The translations under genes and the position numbers were made by a program. 64,000 nt of DNA from Nitrospirota bacterium (GTDB taxonomy: Bacteria; Nitrospirota; UBA9217), in assembly GCA_035623825.1 (NCBI GenBank), contig DASPSR010000021.1, positions 40,342 through 104,341 on the forward strand, read 5' to 3'. Position 1 is the first letter of the stretch. Each line of letters opens with the position of its first letter. A model generated the notes under the pieces. It did not search any database, was not told where the DNA came from, and was given only the letters and a program-made list of their open reading frames with translations. Shown here piece after piece: positions 1 to 9,421 of the stretch.

Positions 1-95
1 GCCGGCCTCCCGTTCACGCAAGACCGGCCACTTGTCAGTGCATTTTGCTTGACAGATGCAATCATCGTAATAACGCATGGCTAGTTGGGCGCGCA

Positions 96-458
96 ATGAA
101 TCTTGTAGAGTAAGTTAAAAGAGTGCAATAAGTTCACAAGAAATACTTGAGTGGCCATGAGTTTAGAGACGCGGGCTTAGGTGCATTGGTAAGCAATCAT
201 GTTCTGGCAGATGCAACCCGCTATATTATGCAGTTCGAAACAGGATCTGGAGACTACACAAAGATTCGGAAGAATGTCGTAATGGGTAAACGTGTTGCCG
301 ATCTGTATAAAAAGAGCGTGCTATTCGAGAAGAAAAAACCAAGAGCAGGCGTTTTTAAGGATGAATCCGTTTCTCATCGCAATACCATCCATGGTATATC
401 TCTCATCCGCGCATGGTCACCTTGCAATTGTCTGATACGGAGAATCAATGTCAGATAA
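96..458 (+). pseudogene. degenerate small antitoxin-like gene (GxGDYT-type family usually paired with PIN toxins)
   Basis: ORF 147-458 contains EFRDAGLGAL...ATRYIMQFETGSGDYTKIR, resembling a small helical family recalled from PIN-toxin pairs. The upstream in-frame ATG at 96 is separated from it by two TAA stops. Confidence 0.3.
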
Positions 459-2850
459 GAAAGTACTTCTCAAGGCCATAGCCAAAGAAGAAGAACTTCT
501 TTCCAAATTGAACAGCGAACGCGAGCAAGCGCTTTCGAGGCTTAATTCGCTCAAACAGCAACTTACCATCCTGGAGGCAGCGTGCGCCAAGCTGACAAGA
601 ACCCGTGCTGCCAGAACGCCTCAGGAAAAAGTGAAATTGTTCCGCTCTCTGTTTCACGGGAGGGAGGATCTCTTCCCGAAACTGTGGACAAGCCGTACTG
701 GTAAGAAGGGCTACTCACCTGCTTGCAAGAATGAATGGGTCACCGGAACCTGTGGAAAGACCCTCAAACCTCTGGGTAAGTGCAGCGAGTGTGCCAATCG
801 AAAGTTCCTTCCTATAACCGATCAGGTCATTATGGATCATCTTCAGGGGCGCCACGTCATAGGCGTATACCCAATGTTGCCCGACGATACTTCCTGGTTT
901 CTTGCTGCTGATTTCGATAACGAGACTTGGAAGGATGATGTTGCGGCTTTCCGGGAAACCTGTAAGAATTTGAGAATCTCCGTAGCTATTGAACGATCAC
1001 GCTCTGGAAATGGGGCTCATGCTTGGTTCTTCTTTGCTGCACCTGTGCCGGCAGCGACTGCCAGGACTATGGGCTGCTACCTGATCACGGAAACTATGAG
1101 CAGGAGGCATCAGCTCAGCATGGAATCCTATGATCGGCTGTTTCCTAGTCAGGACAATTTGCCCAAGGGGGGCTTCGGAAACCTGATTGCGCTTCCATTC
1201 CAACATGAACCGCGGCAGAAAGGCAATACGGTATTTCTCGATGAGAACTTTACGCCATATACAGATCAATGGGAATACCTTGCGTCGATCAATAAACTTC
1301 AACCAGAAGCCGTCCAGCGAATTGCAGATGAAGCGATAAGGCAGGACAGCGTGACCGGTGTGCCGAGAGATACCGATGAAGATGCCGAAAAACAAGCTCC
1401 TTGGAACAGGACGCCTTCCCGAGGAAAGCCGAAAAAGAAAATCATTGGTAAGTTTCCTTCGGTGACACATTGCACTTTTTTGCAGCGGCTGTACGTTGAA
1501 AAGAAGGATCTGCCGTCGCCCTTCTTAACACGCATCAAACGGCTTGCAGCATTTCAGAACCCGATGTTTTATGAAAAGCAAAGTCTGCGTTTATCCACCG
1601 CGCGAATCCCGCGAGTAATATCCTGTTTCGAAGAGCATCCCGAACACATCGCCATCCCGAGGGGTTGTCTTGACAGCCTTCAAGAGCTATTTATGGAGCA
1701 TGGCGTGAAACTCGTGCTAGATGACAAGCGAATTGCACCTGCAGGGCCATCGTATTCTTTCAATGGAACGTTGAGAGAAGCGCAGCAGGAGGCAATTGAC
1801 GAAATCTTTAAGTACGATCTCGGAGTCCTCTCCGCGCCGCCGGGGTTTGGCAAGACCGTTATTGGCGCTCGTCTTATAGCGAAACGTGGTTGTAGGACGC
1901 TTGTGCTTGTCCATCGGAAAGAGCTCCTGGATCAATGGATTGCGCGACTTTCCCTCTTTCTCGGCATCGACCCGAGGGAAATTGGCAGGATCGGGGCGGG
2001 CAAGAATAAGCCGAACGGGATATTGGATGTTGCTATGATTCAAAGTCTGGTCCGGAAGGATGAGGTAAATGATATGGTCGCGGTATATGGTCACGTGATT
2101 GTGGATGAATGTCACCATCTCCCTGCTGTGTCCTTTGAGCGCGTTCTAAATGAGGTCAAGGCACGGTATATCGTAGGTCTTACTGCGACGCCTTATAGGC
2201 GCGATGGACATCAGCCGATTATTCACATGCAATGTGGTCCTATCAGGTATGCGGTGCATCCGAAAAGCCTGGAAGCAAGAGCGCGCTTCAAGCATCAGTT
2301 GATTTGCAGAACTACAGATTTTGCAATGGATAATCCCGACTCGTCGATTCAGCAAATATATGCTGGTCTTGTTTCCGATGAGCGACGGAACAATATCATT
2401 CTCACCGATGTCCGGCAGGCGATCCAAGAGGGGCGCTCTCCTGTACTGCTTACAGAGCGAAAAGAGCACCTAGATATTCTCACCGCAAGTCTACAAGGTG
2501 AAGTAAAACATCTCATAGTCCTGAGCGGCAGGCTATCTCCTAAAGAACGGCGAGAGACCATGGCACGACTGGACGCAATTCCAGATGGAGAAGCTAGGTT
2601 GATTGCAGCGACAGGCCGCTATCTTGGCGAAGGATTCGATGATCCTCGACTCGATACGCTTATCCTTGCTATGCCATTTTCTTGGAAAGGGACAATTGTG
2701 CAGTATGCAGGAAGGCTCCATCGGGAGCATCCGGGAAAACTAGAAGTGCGGGTGCATGATTACATCGATGCCAATGTACCTAAACTCCTTCGAATGCACA
2801 AGAAGCGTCTACGTGGCTTTCGGGATATCGGGTATACTGTGGTCGAGTAA
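448..2850 (+). CDS. archaeo-eukaryotic primase (TOTE-type AEP) fused to SF2 DEAD/DEAH (ResIII-like) helicase
   Basis: N-terminal coiled coil and Cys cluster (CKNEW..C..CSEC). AEP motifs FLAADFD, ERSRSGNGAHAW, YDRLFP. Helicase motifs APPGFGKT, DECHH, GLTATP, EGFDDP, QYAGRLHR. Confidence 0.85.
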   Translation: MSDKKVLLKAIAKEEELLSKLNSEREQALSRLNSLKQQLTILEAACAKLTRTRAARTPQEKVKLFRSLFHGREDLFPKLWTSRTGKKGYSPACKNEWVTGTCGKTLKPLGKCSECANRKFLPITDQVIMDHLQGRHVIGVYPMLPDDTSWFLAADFDNETWKDDVAAFRETCKNLRISVAIERSRSGNGAHAWFFFAAPVPAATARTMGCYLITETMSRRHQLSMESYDRLFPSQDNLPKGGFGNLIALPFQHEPRQKGNTVFLDENFTPYTDQWEYLASINKLQPEAVQRIADEAIRQDSVTGVPRDTDEDAEKQAPWNRTPSRGKPKKKIIGKFPSVTHCTFLQRLYVEKKDLPSPFLTRIKRLAAFQNPMFYEKQSLRLSTARIPRVISCFEEHPEHIAIPRGCLDSLQELFMEHGVKLVLDDKRIAPAGPSYSFNGTLREAQQEAIDEIFKYDLGVLSAPPGFGKTVIGARLIAKRGCRTLVLVHRKELLDQWIARLSLFLGIDPREIGRIGAGKNKPNGILDVAMIQSLVRKDEVNDMVAVYGHVIVDECHHLPAVSFERVLNEVKARYIVGLTATPYRRDGHQPIIHMQCGPIRYAVHPKSLEARARFKHQLICRTTDFAMDNPDSSIQQIYAGLVSDERRNNIILTDVRQAIQEGRSPVLLTERKEHLDILTASLQGEVKHLIVLSGRLSPKERRETMARLDAIPDGEARLIAATGRYLGEGFDDPRLDTLILAMPFSWKGTIVQYAGRLHREHPGKLEVRVHDYIDANVPKLLRMHKKRLRGFRDIGYTVVE

Positions 2851-2907
2851 CCTTTCAGGTTGATAGTACCGAGGAATCAGAGTTAGTCCAAAGTGCATCA
2901 GCAGCTT

Positions 2908-2984
2908 GATGTCCGATGAAAATCAAAGATGTCCAACGAAGTCTCATGACATCCGACATTAAAGGGGTAGTTATGTGGGGTATA
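2908..2984 (+). repeat. 10-bp phased repeats plus GGGGTA direct repeat, candidate excisionase and integrase arm sites
   Basis: GATGTCCGAT/GAAAATCAAA/GATGTCCAAC/GAAGTCTCAT/GACATCCGAC at 2908-2957, then GGGGTAG..GGGGTAT, 55-130 bp before the att core. Confidence 0.4.
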
Positions 2985-3039
2985 TCCTAATCTCCCGTAG
3001 GAAATGTTCTGCAATATCAAAGGATTGGACAAACTATTG

Positions 3040-3059
3040 GAATCCCACCGCCTCCACCA
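3040..3059 (+). mobile_element. att core of an integrative element: duplicated 3' end of tmRNA (ssrA) or tRNA-Ala
   Basis: GAATCCCACCGCCTCCACCA is the T-loop end, T-stem 3' strand, acceptor strand CGCCTCC (U70 suited to a G3:U70 Ala pair), discriminator A and CCA. The 5' part of the RNA gene is absent. Confidence 0.65.
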
Positions 3060-3202
3060 ATTAAATTGTCGTAATGAGGAGAAATATCAACACAAAAAGC
3101 CGTTGCGTAAGAAGAAATACAAAATGAAAAAGGCTTAGATGATTTACCTCTAAGCCTTTAATTTTTTCAATTGCAAACCAGCGATTTAAATCATATTTAT
3201 TC

Positions 3203-3529
3203 TCATTTACTTTTCTGAGATTGGCTCGATAAAAAAACATTACAGTCATGTTGACAGTTTGTTTTTATTTTTGCACAGGTCTCTGAAGACAATTTATTAT
3301 TAAGACATTCTCTCGAATAATCATCGCATATATCGCAGCAACAACGATATGCCGTGGGCCCGCTGTAATTCTGACAATCAGGCGTATCGGTTTTCTGTGC
3401 ATGTTGCTTGATTCTGCTGCACTTGCCAACGTGATAGTCGTGTTCTGCAGCGTTCCAATCATAAGCATAAGCCGAGACGGTGAACGCAACCATAGCTACA
3501 GTCAGAGATATTCTTACAATCGATTTCAT
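3203..3529 (-). CDS. small secreted cysteine-rich protein (108 aa, 10 Cys), function unknown
   Basis: GAGG RBS before ATG 3529; Sec-type signal peptide ending AYA; near-consensus sigma70 promoter upstream. Confidence 0.7.
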   Translation of the reverse strand: MKSIVRISLTVAMVAFTVSAYAYDWNAAEHDYHVGKCSRIKQHAQKTDTPDCQNYSGPTAYRCCCDICDDYSRECLNNKLSSETCAKIKTNCQHDCNVFLSSQSQKSK

Positions 3530-3610
3530 AATCCTCACTCACACGCTCCCCTCGATTATTAATAGAGCTTGGCGACGGTCTCAAGCATTTCTCACCCGCG
3601 CTCTCCAAAA

Positions 3611-3639
3611 ATAATAATTCAAGAGATAATCCTTGTCAA
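3611..3639 (-). promoter_or_regulatory. sigma70 promoter for the Cys-rich gene
   Basis: TTGACA-17 bp-TATTAT on the minus strand. Confidence 0.7.
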
Positions 3640-4091
3640 GTAGGCAGTATATTACAAGTGTACTGTGATCGTACCATAAGCTTAATAAAGGCAAATACTA
3701 TTTATAGATGGCAATTTGATCCCCTCGGCTCCACGATCCGTTACACCCCAGATTATACGAAAAAAGTAACAATGCCCGTATAAGAGCCATCTCTTCTGTT
3801 CTTTTCGTTGTTGTTTCTTTCCGCAATCAGACAAAGAATCATCTAACTGCTTGGAAACATGAGGAAAGATTACCTTAATTACACTTCCGTAAAAACTCGC
3901 GCCTACACTACGCACCAAAAAAAAGGTTGTCTGATTACGATACCTGCATGACCAAAAAACATCTGCTAATCGCCTATTCATCGGGTTAAGTTGCCAGCCT
4001 GATGTAGCTCGCAGATTTTTCCGCAATCAAAAAATTGACAGCCATTAAGGAGCCTCACCGGTAACTTGTTGAAATAAAAAATCTTTTAGTT

Positions 4092-4107
4092 TGGCATCTG
4101 ATATGCT
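4092..4107 (+). promoter_or_regulatory. sigma54 (-24/-12) promoter
   Basis: TGGCATCTGATATGCT, GG-N10-GC, about 150 bp upstream of the hybrid kinase. Confidence 0.5.
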
Positions 4108-4255
4108 TTATGAATATTAAAGGCGAGAAGGTCTTTTTCTTGTATGGAAAAATTGATTCCCGAGTCTGGAAGCGGGGCTTGCGGAAGCACTCGGCAAGTA
4201 GTTTGTAGAACTCATTTTAATCATGTGCAAGTTGCTATGCTGCCTTGGAGGCGTC

Positions 4256-6811
4256 ATGACACATCCCCGAAGTAGGAGCGACCGTCCTGCTGCCCTGCGG
4301 ATCGTCATAATCTATGCATTGTTTGCTGCATCGTGGATTTACCTTTCCGACAATGCCTTGACTTCGCTGCTGGGGGATACAGAGTTCCTCATCCGTATTT
4401 CCGTGTTGAAAGGCTTACTCTTCGTTGTCGTGACAGGCATCCTCCTGTATCAACTTATCTCCCGGCATATTCAGAAAACCTGGCAGATAGAGGAGAAACT
4501 GCGTTTAAGTCAGAACCTCATAAATGCCCTGCTCGACGGGACCACCGATGCCATTTATGCGAAGGACAGGCAGGGGCGGTATCTCATGCTCAATGCCGCC
4601 GCAACAAATTTCACCGGCAAGGCAGCTGCGGAGGTGATCGGCAATGACGACACAACGCTGTTCCCTGCCGAAAATGCCGGGGATATTATGGCGGGAGATC
4701 GAAAGGTAATGGATGCCGGCCGGGTGCTGACCTACGAAGAGCGTCTACCAGTGGGTAATGGTACTTACAGGACTTATCTCGCCACAAAAGGGCCTATCTT
4801 CAATGTAAATGGGGAGATCAGCGGTTTGTTCGGTATTGCGCGGGACATCACTGATCGCAAACAGGCGGAAGATGCTATCCGGGCAAGTGAAAGGCGTTTT
4901 CACTCTCTTTTCGATAACATGCTCGAAGGATTCGCCTATTGCCGTATTTTGTTCGAAAACGATCAGCCGAAGGATTTTGTATATCTGGAGGTAAACACGG
5001 CATTTGAACGTTTGACCGGATTAAAAAATGTCGTCGGGAAAAAGGTCAACGAAGTACTCCCGGGCATATACGAATCCAACCCGGAGTTGTTCGAAATTTA
5101 CGGCAGAGTGGCTTCGAGCGGTAATCCGGAGAGGTTTGAAACATATATAGCGCCATTGGCTAACTGGTTCTCTTTCTACGTGTATAGTCCGGAAAATGGG
5201 TGCTTTGTTACCGTATTTGATGTCATAACCAAGCGTAAGGAGGCAGAGGAAAAGCTGCGACAACTTTCGCGCAAGATAGAATTGATCATAAATTCCGCAG
5301 GCGATGGTATTTATGGGCTGGATATGGCTGGGAAAGTGACATTCATCAATTCTGCCGGGGCCCGGATGCTGGGTTGGGATCAGAAGGAACTAATCGGAAA
5401 GAGCAGCCATGCGGCGTGGCATCACTCCAGGCCTGATAATTCCCCATTTCCCGAGAAAGAATGCGAACTGCACGCCTTGTTGACAAACGAAATCACTAAT
5501 GCAGTTGACAAGGATATATTCTGGAAGAAGGATGGTACTTGTTTCTCTGTCGAATATACCAGTGTCCCGATCTATGATAATCAAATGCTCTCAGGCAGGG
5601 TTGTCACTTTCAGGGATATAACCCAGCGCCTTAATGCCGAGCAAGAAAGGAAGAAGCTTGAGAACCAATTCTACCAGGCGCAAAAAATGGAGGTGATCGG
5701 GCACCTTGCTGGCGGTATAGCGCATGATTTCAATAATATTCTGACGGCCATAATCGGGTACGCAAACCTTTTGAACATGAAGATCCCGGCGTCCGCTCCA
5801 TTACATAATTATGTGAATCAAATACTTGCTTCAGCGGAAAAAGCAGCCAATCTCACGCACAGCCTGCTTGCATTTAGCAGGAAACAGGTAATAAACCCGA
5901 TGCCGATTAACATCAACGAAATCGTAGTGGGTATGAAGAAGATATTGGATAGGATCATTGGCGAAGATATTGAATTCAACGTTGAAACCACTGATCATGA
6001 CTTGATCGTAAAATCTGATAAAGGACAGATAGAGCAGGTGCTGATGAACCTGGCAACGAACGCACGGGACGCAATGCCTCATGGGGGGATGCTGACAATG
6101 ACCACAGACGAGGCCGAAATAGATGAGCTGTTCGTTCAGGTTCATCAATACGGCAACGTCGGCAGGTATGCAGTTGTTTCGGTAACGGACACAGGCGTGG
6201 GGATGGATAAAATAACGCAAGAACACCTCTTTGAGCCTTTTTATACAACAAAAGAGGTTGGTAAGGGCACCGGATTAGGACTGGCAATGGTCTACGGAAC
6301 AATCAAACAGCATGATGGCTTCATAAATGTGTACAGTGAGTCCGGTACGGGAACAACACTCAAGATATACATACCCTTGGCAGAACCCCATAGGCAGCTT
6401 GCCGCAAAGCCCGCATCAATCGCTGTTATCGCAGGCAATGAGACACTCCTCTTAGTAGAAGACGACCCGGCTGTTAGAAAGGTAACAAAAACATTGCTTG
6501 AGGAGTTAGGCTATAGCGTGATAGAGGCCGTTGATGGAGAACAGGCCATCAGACTTTTCCGGGAAAATATTGAGAGAATACAACTCATTGTTTCCGATAT
6601 GATAATGCCCAAGCTGAGCGGAAAAGACGTGCATGATGAATTGAAGAAGATAAAACCTGATATAAGAATTCTTTTTATAAGCGGATATACAGCGGACATC
6701 CTCAAACAAAAGGGCATCGAAAATGAAAAAATAAACTTCATATCAAAGCCATTAAGGGCCGATGCTCTTTCGAGAAAAATACGGGAAGTCTTAGGCAAGC
6801 AATGTACATGA
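4256..6811 (+). CDS. membrane-anchored multi-PAS hybrid sensor histidine kinase (HisKA-HATPase-REC, CckA-like)
   Basis: Two N-terminal TM helices; three PAS/PAC units; H-box LAGGIAHDFNNIL; N-box QVLMNLATNARDAM; G-box GKGTGLGL; receiver LLVEDD..SDMIMP..KP; GGAGG RBS before ATG 4256. Confidence 0.92.
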   Translation: MTHPRSRSDRPAALRIVIIYALFAASWIYLSDNALTSLLGDTEFLIRISVLKGLLFVVVTGILLYQLISRHIQKTWQIEEKLRLSQNLINALLDGTTDAIYAKDRQGRYLMLNAAATNFTGKAAAEVIGNDDTTLFPAENAGDIMAGDRKVMDAGRVLTYEERLPVGNGTYRTYLATKGPIFNVNGEISGLFGIARDITDRKQAEDAIRASERRFHSLFDNMLEGFAYCRILFENDQPKDFVYLEVNTAFERLTGLKNVVGKKVNEVLPGIYESNPELFEIYGRVASSGNPERFETYIAPLANWFSFYVYSPENGCFVTVFDVITKRKEAEEKLRQLSRKIELIINSAGDGIYGLDMAGKVTFINSAGARMLGWDQKELIGKSSHAAWHHSRPDNSPFPEKECELHALLTNEITNAVDKDIFWKKDGTCFSVEYTSVPIYDNQMLSGRVVTFRDITQRLNAEQERKKLENQFYQAQKMEVIGHLAGGIAHDFNNILTAIIGYANLLNMKIPASAPLHNYVNQILASAEKAANLTHSLLAFSRKQVINPMPININEIVVGMKKILDRIIGEDIEFNVETTDHDLIVKSDKGQIEQVLMNLATNARDAMPHGGMLTMTTDEAEIDELFVQVHQYGNVGRYAVVSVTDTGVGMDKITQEHLFEPFYTTKEVGKGTGLGLAMVYGTIKQHDGFINVYSESGTGTTLKIYIPLAEPHRQLAAKPASIAVIAGNETLLLVEDDPAVRKVTKTLLEELGYSVIEAVDGEQAIRLFRENIERIQLIVSDMIMPKLSGKDVHDELKKIKPDIRILFISGYTADILKQKGIENEKINFISKPLRADALSRKIREVLGKQCT

Positions 6812-7294
6812 CTATACAGCCTTTATCTTCCGTTGAATCAGCTCTTCATGTCTCGGTGCGGTTCGAGCGCACGTTGAAGTAAATAGGCAATAAACGTGTG
6901 CTGCACCAGATGGATTCCTGCCGCTACAAGCGATTTTAAGTCCGGTTTTCTCCTAAGCAGTCATTCCACCTGCCGAAAATACGTTCCATTCCGTTACCAT
7001 AGCAGGATGTATACAGAAATCGAGAAAAAGACATGACTTGATTTACTTTTCGATCTGGACAATTGGCGTCAAGGTTAGTAATTGAAATCTCACTCTTTTA
7101 CATCTTCCAAGCCTTTTCGTAAATTTACATTGCTATGATAGTTAAGATAAATTTGTGTACAATCAATATCTTACAGTAATAATTATTAATACTTTTGGAC
7201 ATATCACCTATTAACATAGCCTAATAACCCAAATATTTATAAGTATTAGAGCTTCATACGACTTAACTCAGCGATATCACAAGGTTTATAACCG

Positions 7295-7310
7295 TGGCAC
7301 AAAGAATGCA
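7295..7310 (+). promoter_or_regulatory. sigma54 (-24/-12) promoter
   Basis: TGGCACAAAGAATGCA, GG-N10-GC, preceded by an AT-rich tract. Confidence 0.6.
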
Positions 7311-7577
7311 ACTATAGTATTTGAAAGCGAGTATTAGACCACTGATGATTAACTCCTTGAACGGATAAGTGGTTTAGAGGAATAGACCAGGATGTTGATA
7401 AGCTCGTTACCCGGGGTCGTTATGTTAAAAGTATGCGGACATGTACATAAAATAAAACCGGGAGAATGGCAGCAAAGCTACGAAATACTTCATGAGGGCC
7501 ATATCATCGGTTATGTGGACCATAAAAAAACGCAATCAGCCAGCGTCACCATAACCCGAAATCTACGAGGTGAGGTC

Positions 7578-8012
7578 ATGGAAGGTGAGCGCCTTAATTG
7601 GCTCTTGAAAAGGATATAGTAGATACTTGTACACTCGTTTGGAAAAGTGGGTATAAAATGGATGCACTTCTTGGTATGTCAGGATACATAGAATTGTGGC
7701 TTTCAGAGCGAGGCTTAAATCCGTATGAGATAAGTCGCGGAATGGTACTTCTTCTTGGAGAGGATTGGAAACAGATGACTTATTTTGAATTATTCGACAG
7801 GATCAGGGCCAGGGGATCAGCTGTTTCTGATATAATGCCGGTCTTTGCCGATGAGCTTGAGGCTCTCGTCCGCGGCGCGCTTAAGTTGGAAGATATCTAT
7901 AAAACTGTTGGCTTAATTTAGAGACCATGAAACAGACGTGATTAAGGCTGTTGAGATAGCTGTAGGAATCGATAAGAAACTTCAGATGATCAATGCTAAA
8001 GAGGTTGCCTAG
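7578..8012 (+). pseudogene. hypothetical protein apparently split by two frameshifts
   Basis: GAGGTGAGG RBS before ATG 7578 (MEGERLNWLLKRI). It continues in the 7598-7921 frame after removing one TA of ATATAG, and returns to the first frame (RDHETDVIKAVEIAVG..EVA*) after removing one T of ATTTAG. Confidence 0.3.
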
Positions 8013-8905
8013 GAGTAGCGAAATATACTTGATCCCGTTAGTTCGTTGCCGGTGCTCGCATACTGCAAAAAGTAAATAGTGTTATATGACAGGCCGGCTG
8101 ATGCGGGCGTTTTGGGGGGGGCGTATATGGCACTGGTTGTGCAGTTCCCAGGATCAGTGAAAAGTTGTCGTCGGCGCAGTTCTGACAGACGACTAAAATT
8201 TAGTTTCTCACATTTTCGAAGCTCCGTAGATTGGTTAATGATCAAGAAAGTTTTGATTCATATCATGGCATTTTCTAATTTTCCTTTCTATCTATGGATT
8301 GATTGTTCGTCATGTGGCGACTGAAATTGCTTTATCAGGAATTTTCTAATGCTTAATGACGTTCAACTGTATCAAGCGCTATGTCTGCTGTTTCAGAGGA
8401 TAATAAATTCCTTTCCTAATACATAAGCATCCTTTGATCTTGCCTGTCAAAAAGCGGAGCCACTCTTATTATTGCCGGCCGGACGCACTTCGCCCATCGG
8501 ATAAGTTTTATATCGACGCTGCTTCCTCTTGACGATACGTCGAAAAAACCCGATGACAGGGTTCCTTCGAGTTTTAATGGAAAGCTATGATCATCAAAAC
8601 GTAGCGAGGTTAAAACCGGAACTGTTACATGTTAAAATTTTGAAGTGAAAACCTAAAGCTTGGAACCCGCAAAGAATAAGTGACCGAACCTCCCTGCAAT
8701 TTCAATTATTACACGAACTTATATCCCCCGATGCTCTTTCATATCCAAATTATATATACATAACAAGAGCATAGTTTGATAAAATATGCTCAACAGACCG
8801 GTGCCCGGGGAAATATTATAACAGCCCGCATATGAGCAGTAGCAGCAGAAGGCTTCTCACAATGCAGATGTCGATGCAGCATGAGGCTGGAATAAGGAGG
8901 ATCCA

Positions 8906-9409
8906 ATGGAAGGGAAACGGGTAAACGACAGCAGCGTGACCATGGCACAGATGATGATCCCCCAGGATGCGAACCCTGCGGGGAATGTTCACGGCGGCGT
9001 GGTCGTAAAAATCATCGATGAGGCGGCAGGCGTTGTAGCCGCGCGGCATGCACGGAGCAACGTCGTTACCGCCTCGATCGATCGAATGGACTTCCATCAT
9101 CCGGTCTTTGTTGGCGACGTTTTGTTCGTCAAGGCAAGCCTGAATCTGGTCGGGAGGACGTCCATGGAGATCGGGGTCCGCGTAGAGGCGGAGAACCTCA
9201 TCACCGGAGAAGTGCGTCATGCAGCGTCGGCGTACCTGACCTATGTTGCGCTTGACCAGCGCGGAAAACCGCGAGAGATTCCCCCGCTCATCCTTGAAAC
9301 CGAAGAGGAAAAGCGGCGAAGCAGAGAGGCGAAGGCACGGCGAGAGATACGACTTGCCGAAAAAAAGCGAGAATCAGGATGCCAGAAGGACCCTGCAGCC
9401 TGCGCCTGA
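8906..9409 (+). CDS. acyl-CoA thioesterase (HotDog, YciA-like)
   Basis: PQDANPAGNVHGG..IDEAAG, VVTASID..FHHPV..GD, VGRTSMEIGV. Confidence 0.92.
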   Translation: MEGKRVNDSSVTMAQMMIPQDANPAGNVHGGVVVKIIDEAAGVVAARHARSNVVTASIDRMDFHHPVFVGDVLFVKASLNLVGRTSMEIGVRVEAENLITGEVRHAASAYLTYVALDQRGKPREIPPLILETEEEKRRSREAKARREIRLAEKKRESGCQKDPAACA

Positions 9410-9421
9410 GAATGAGGGCCT

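Noticed and set aside
3040-3059. Possible tRNA or tmRNA gene
   Set aside because: Only the last 20 nt are present, with no GTTC, D-arm or 5' acceptor strand upstream, so it is called an att remnant
3682-4026. 114-aa minus-strand ORF (also 8009-8245 and 8079-8324)
   Set aside because: No RBS or motifs and non-protein-like composition; probably chance ORFs in decayed DNA
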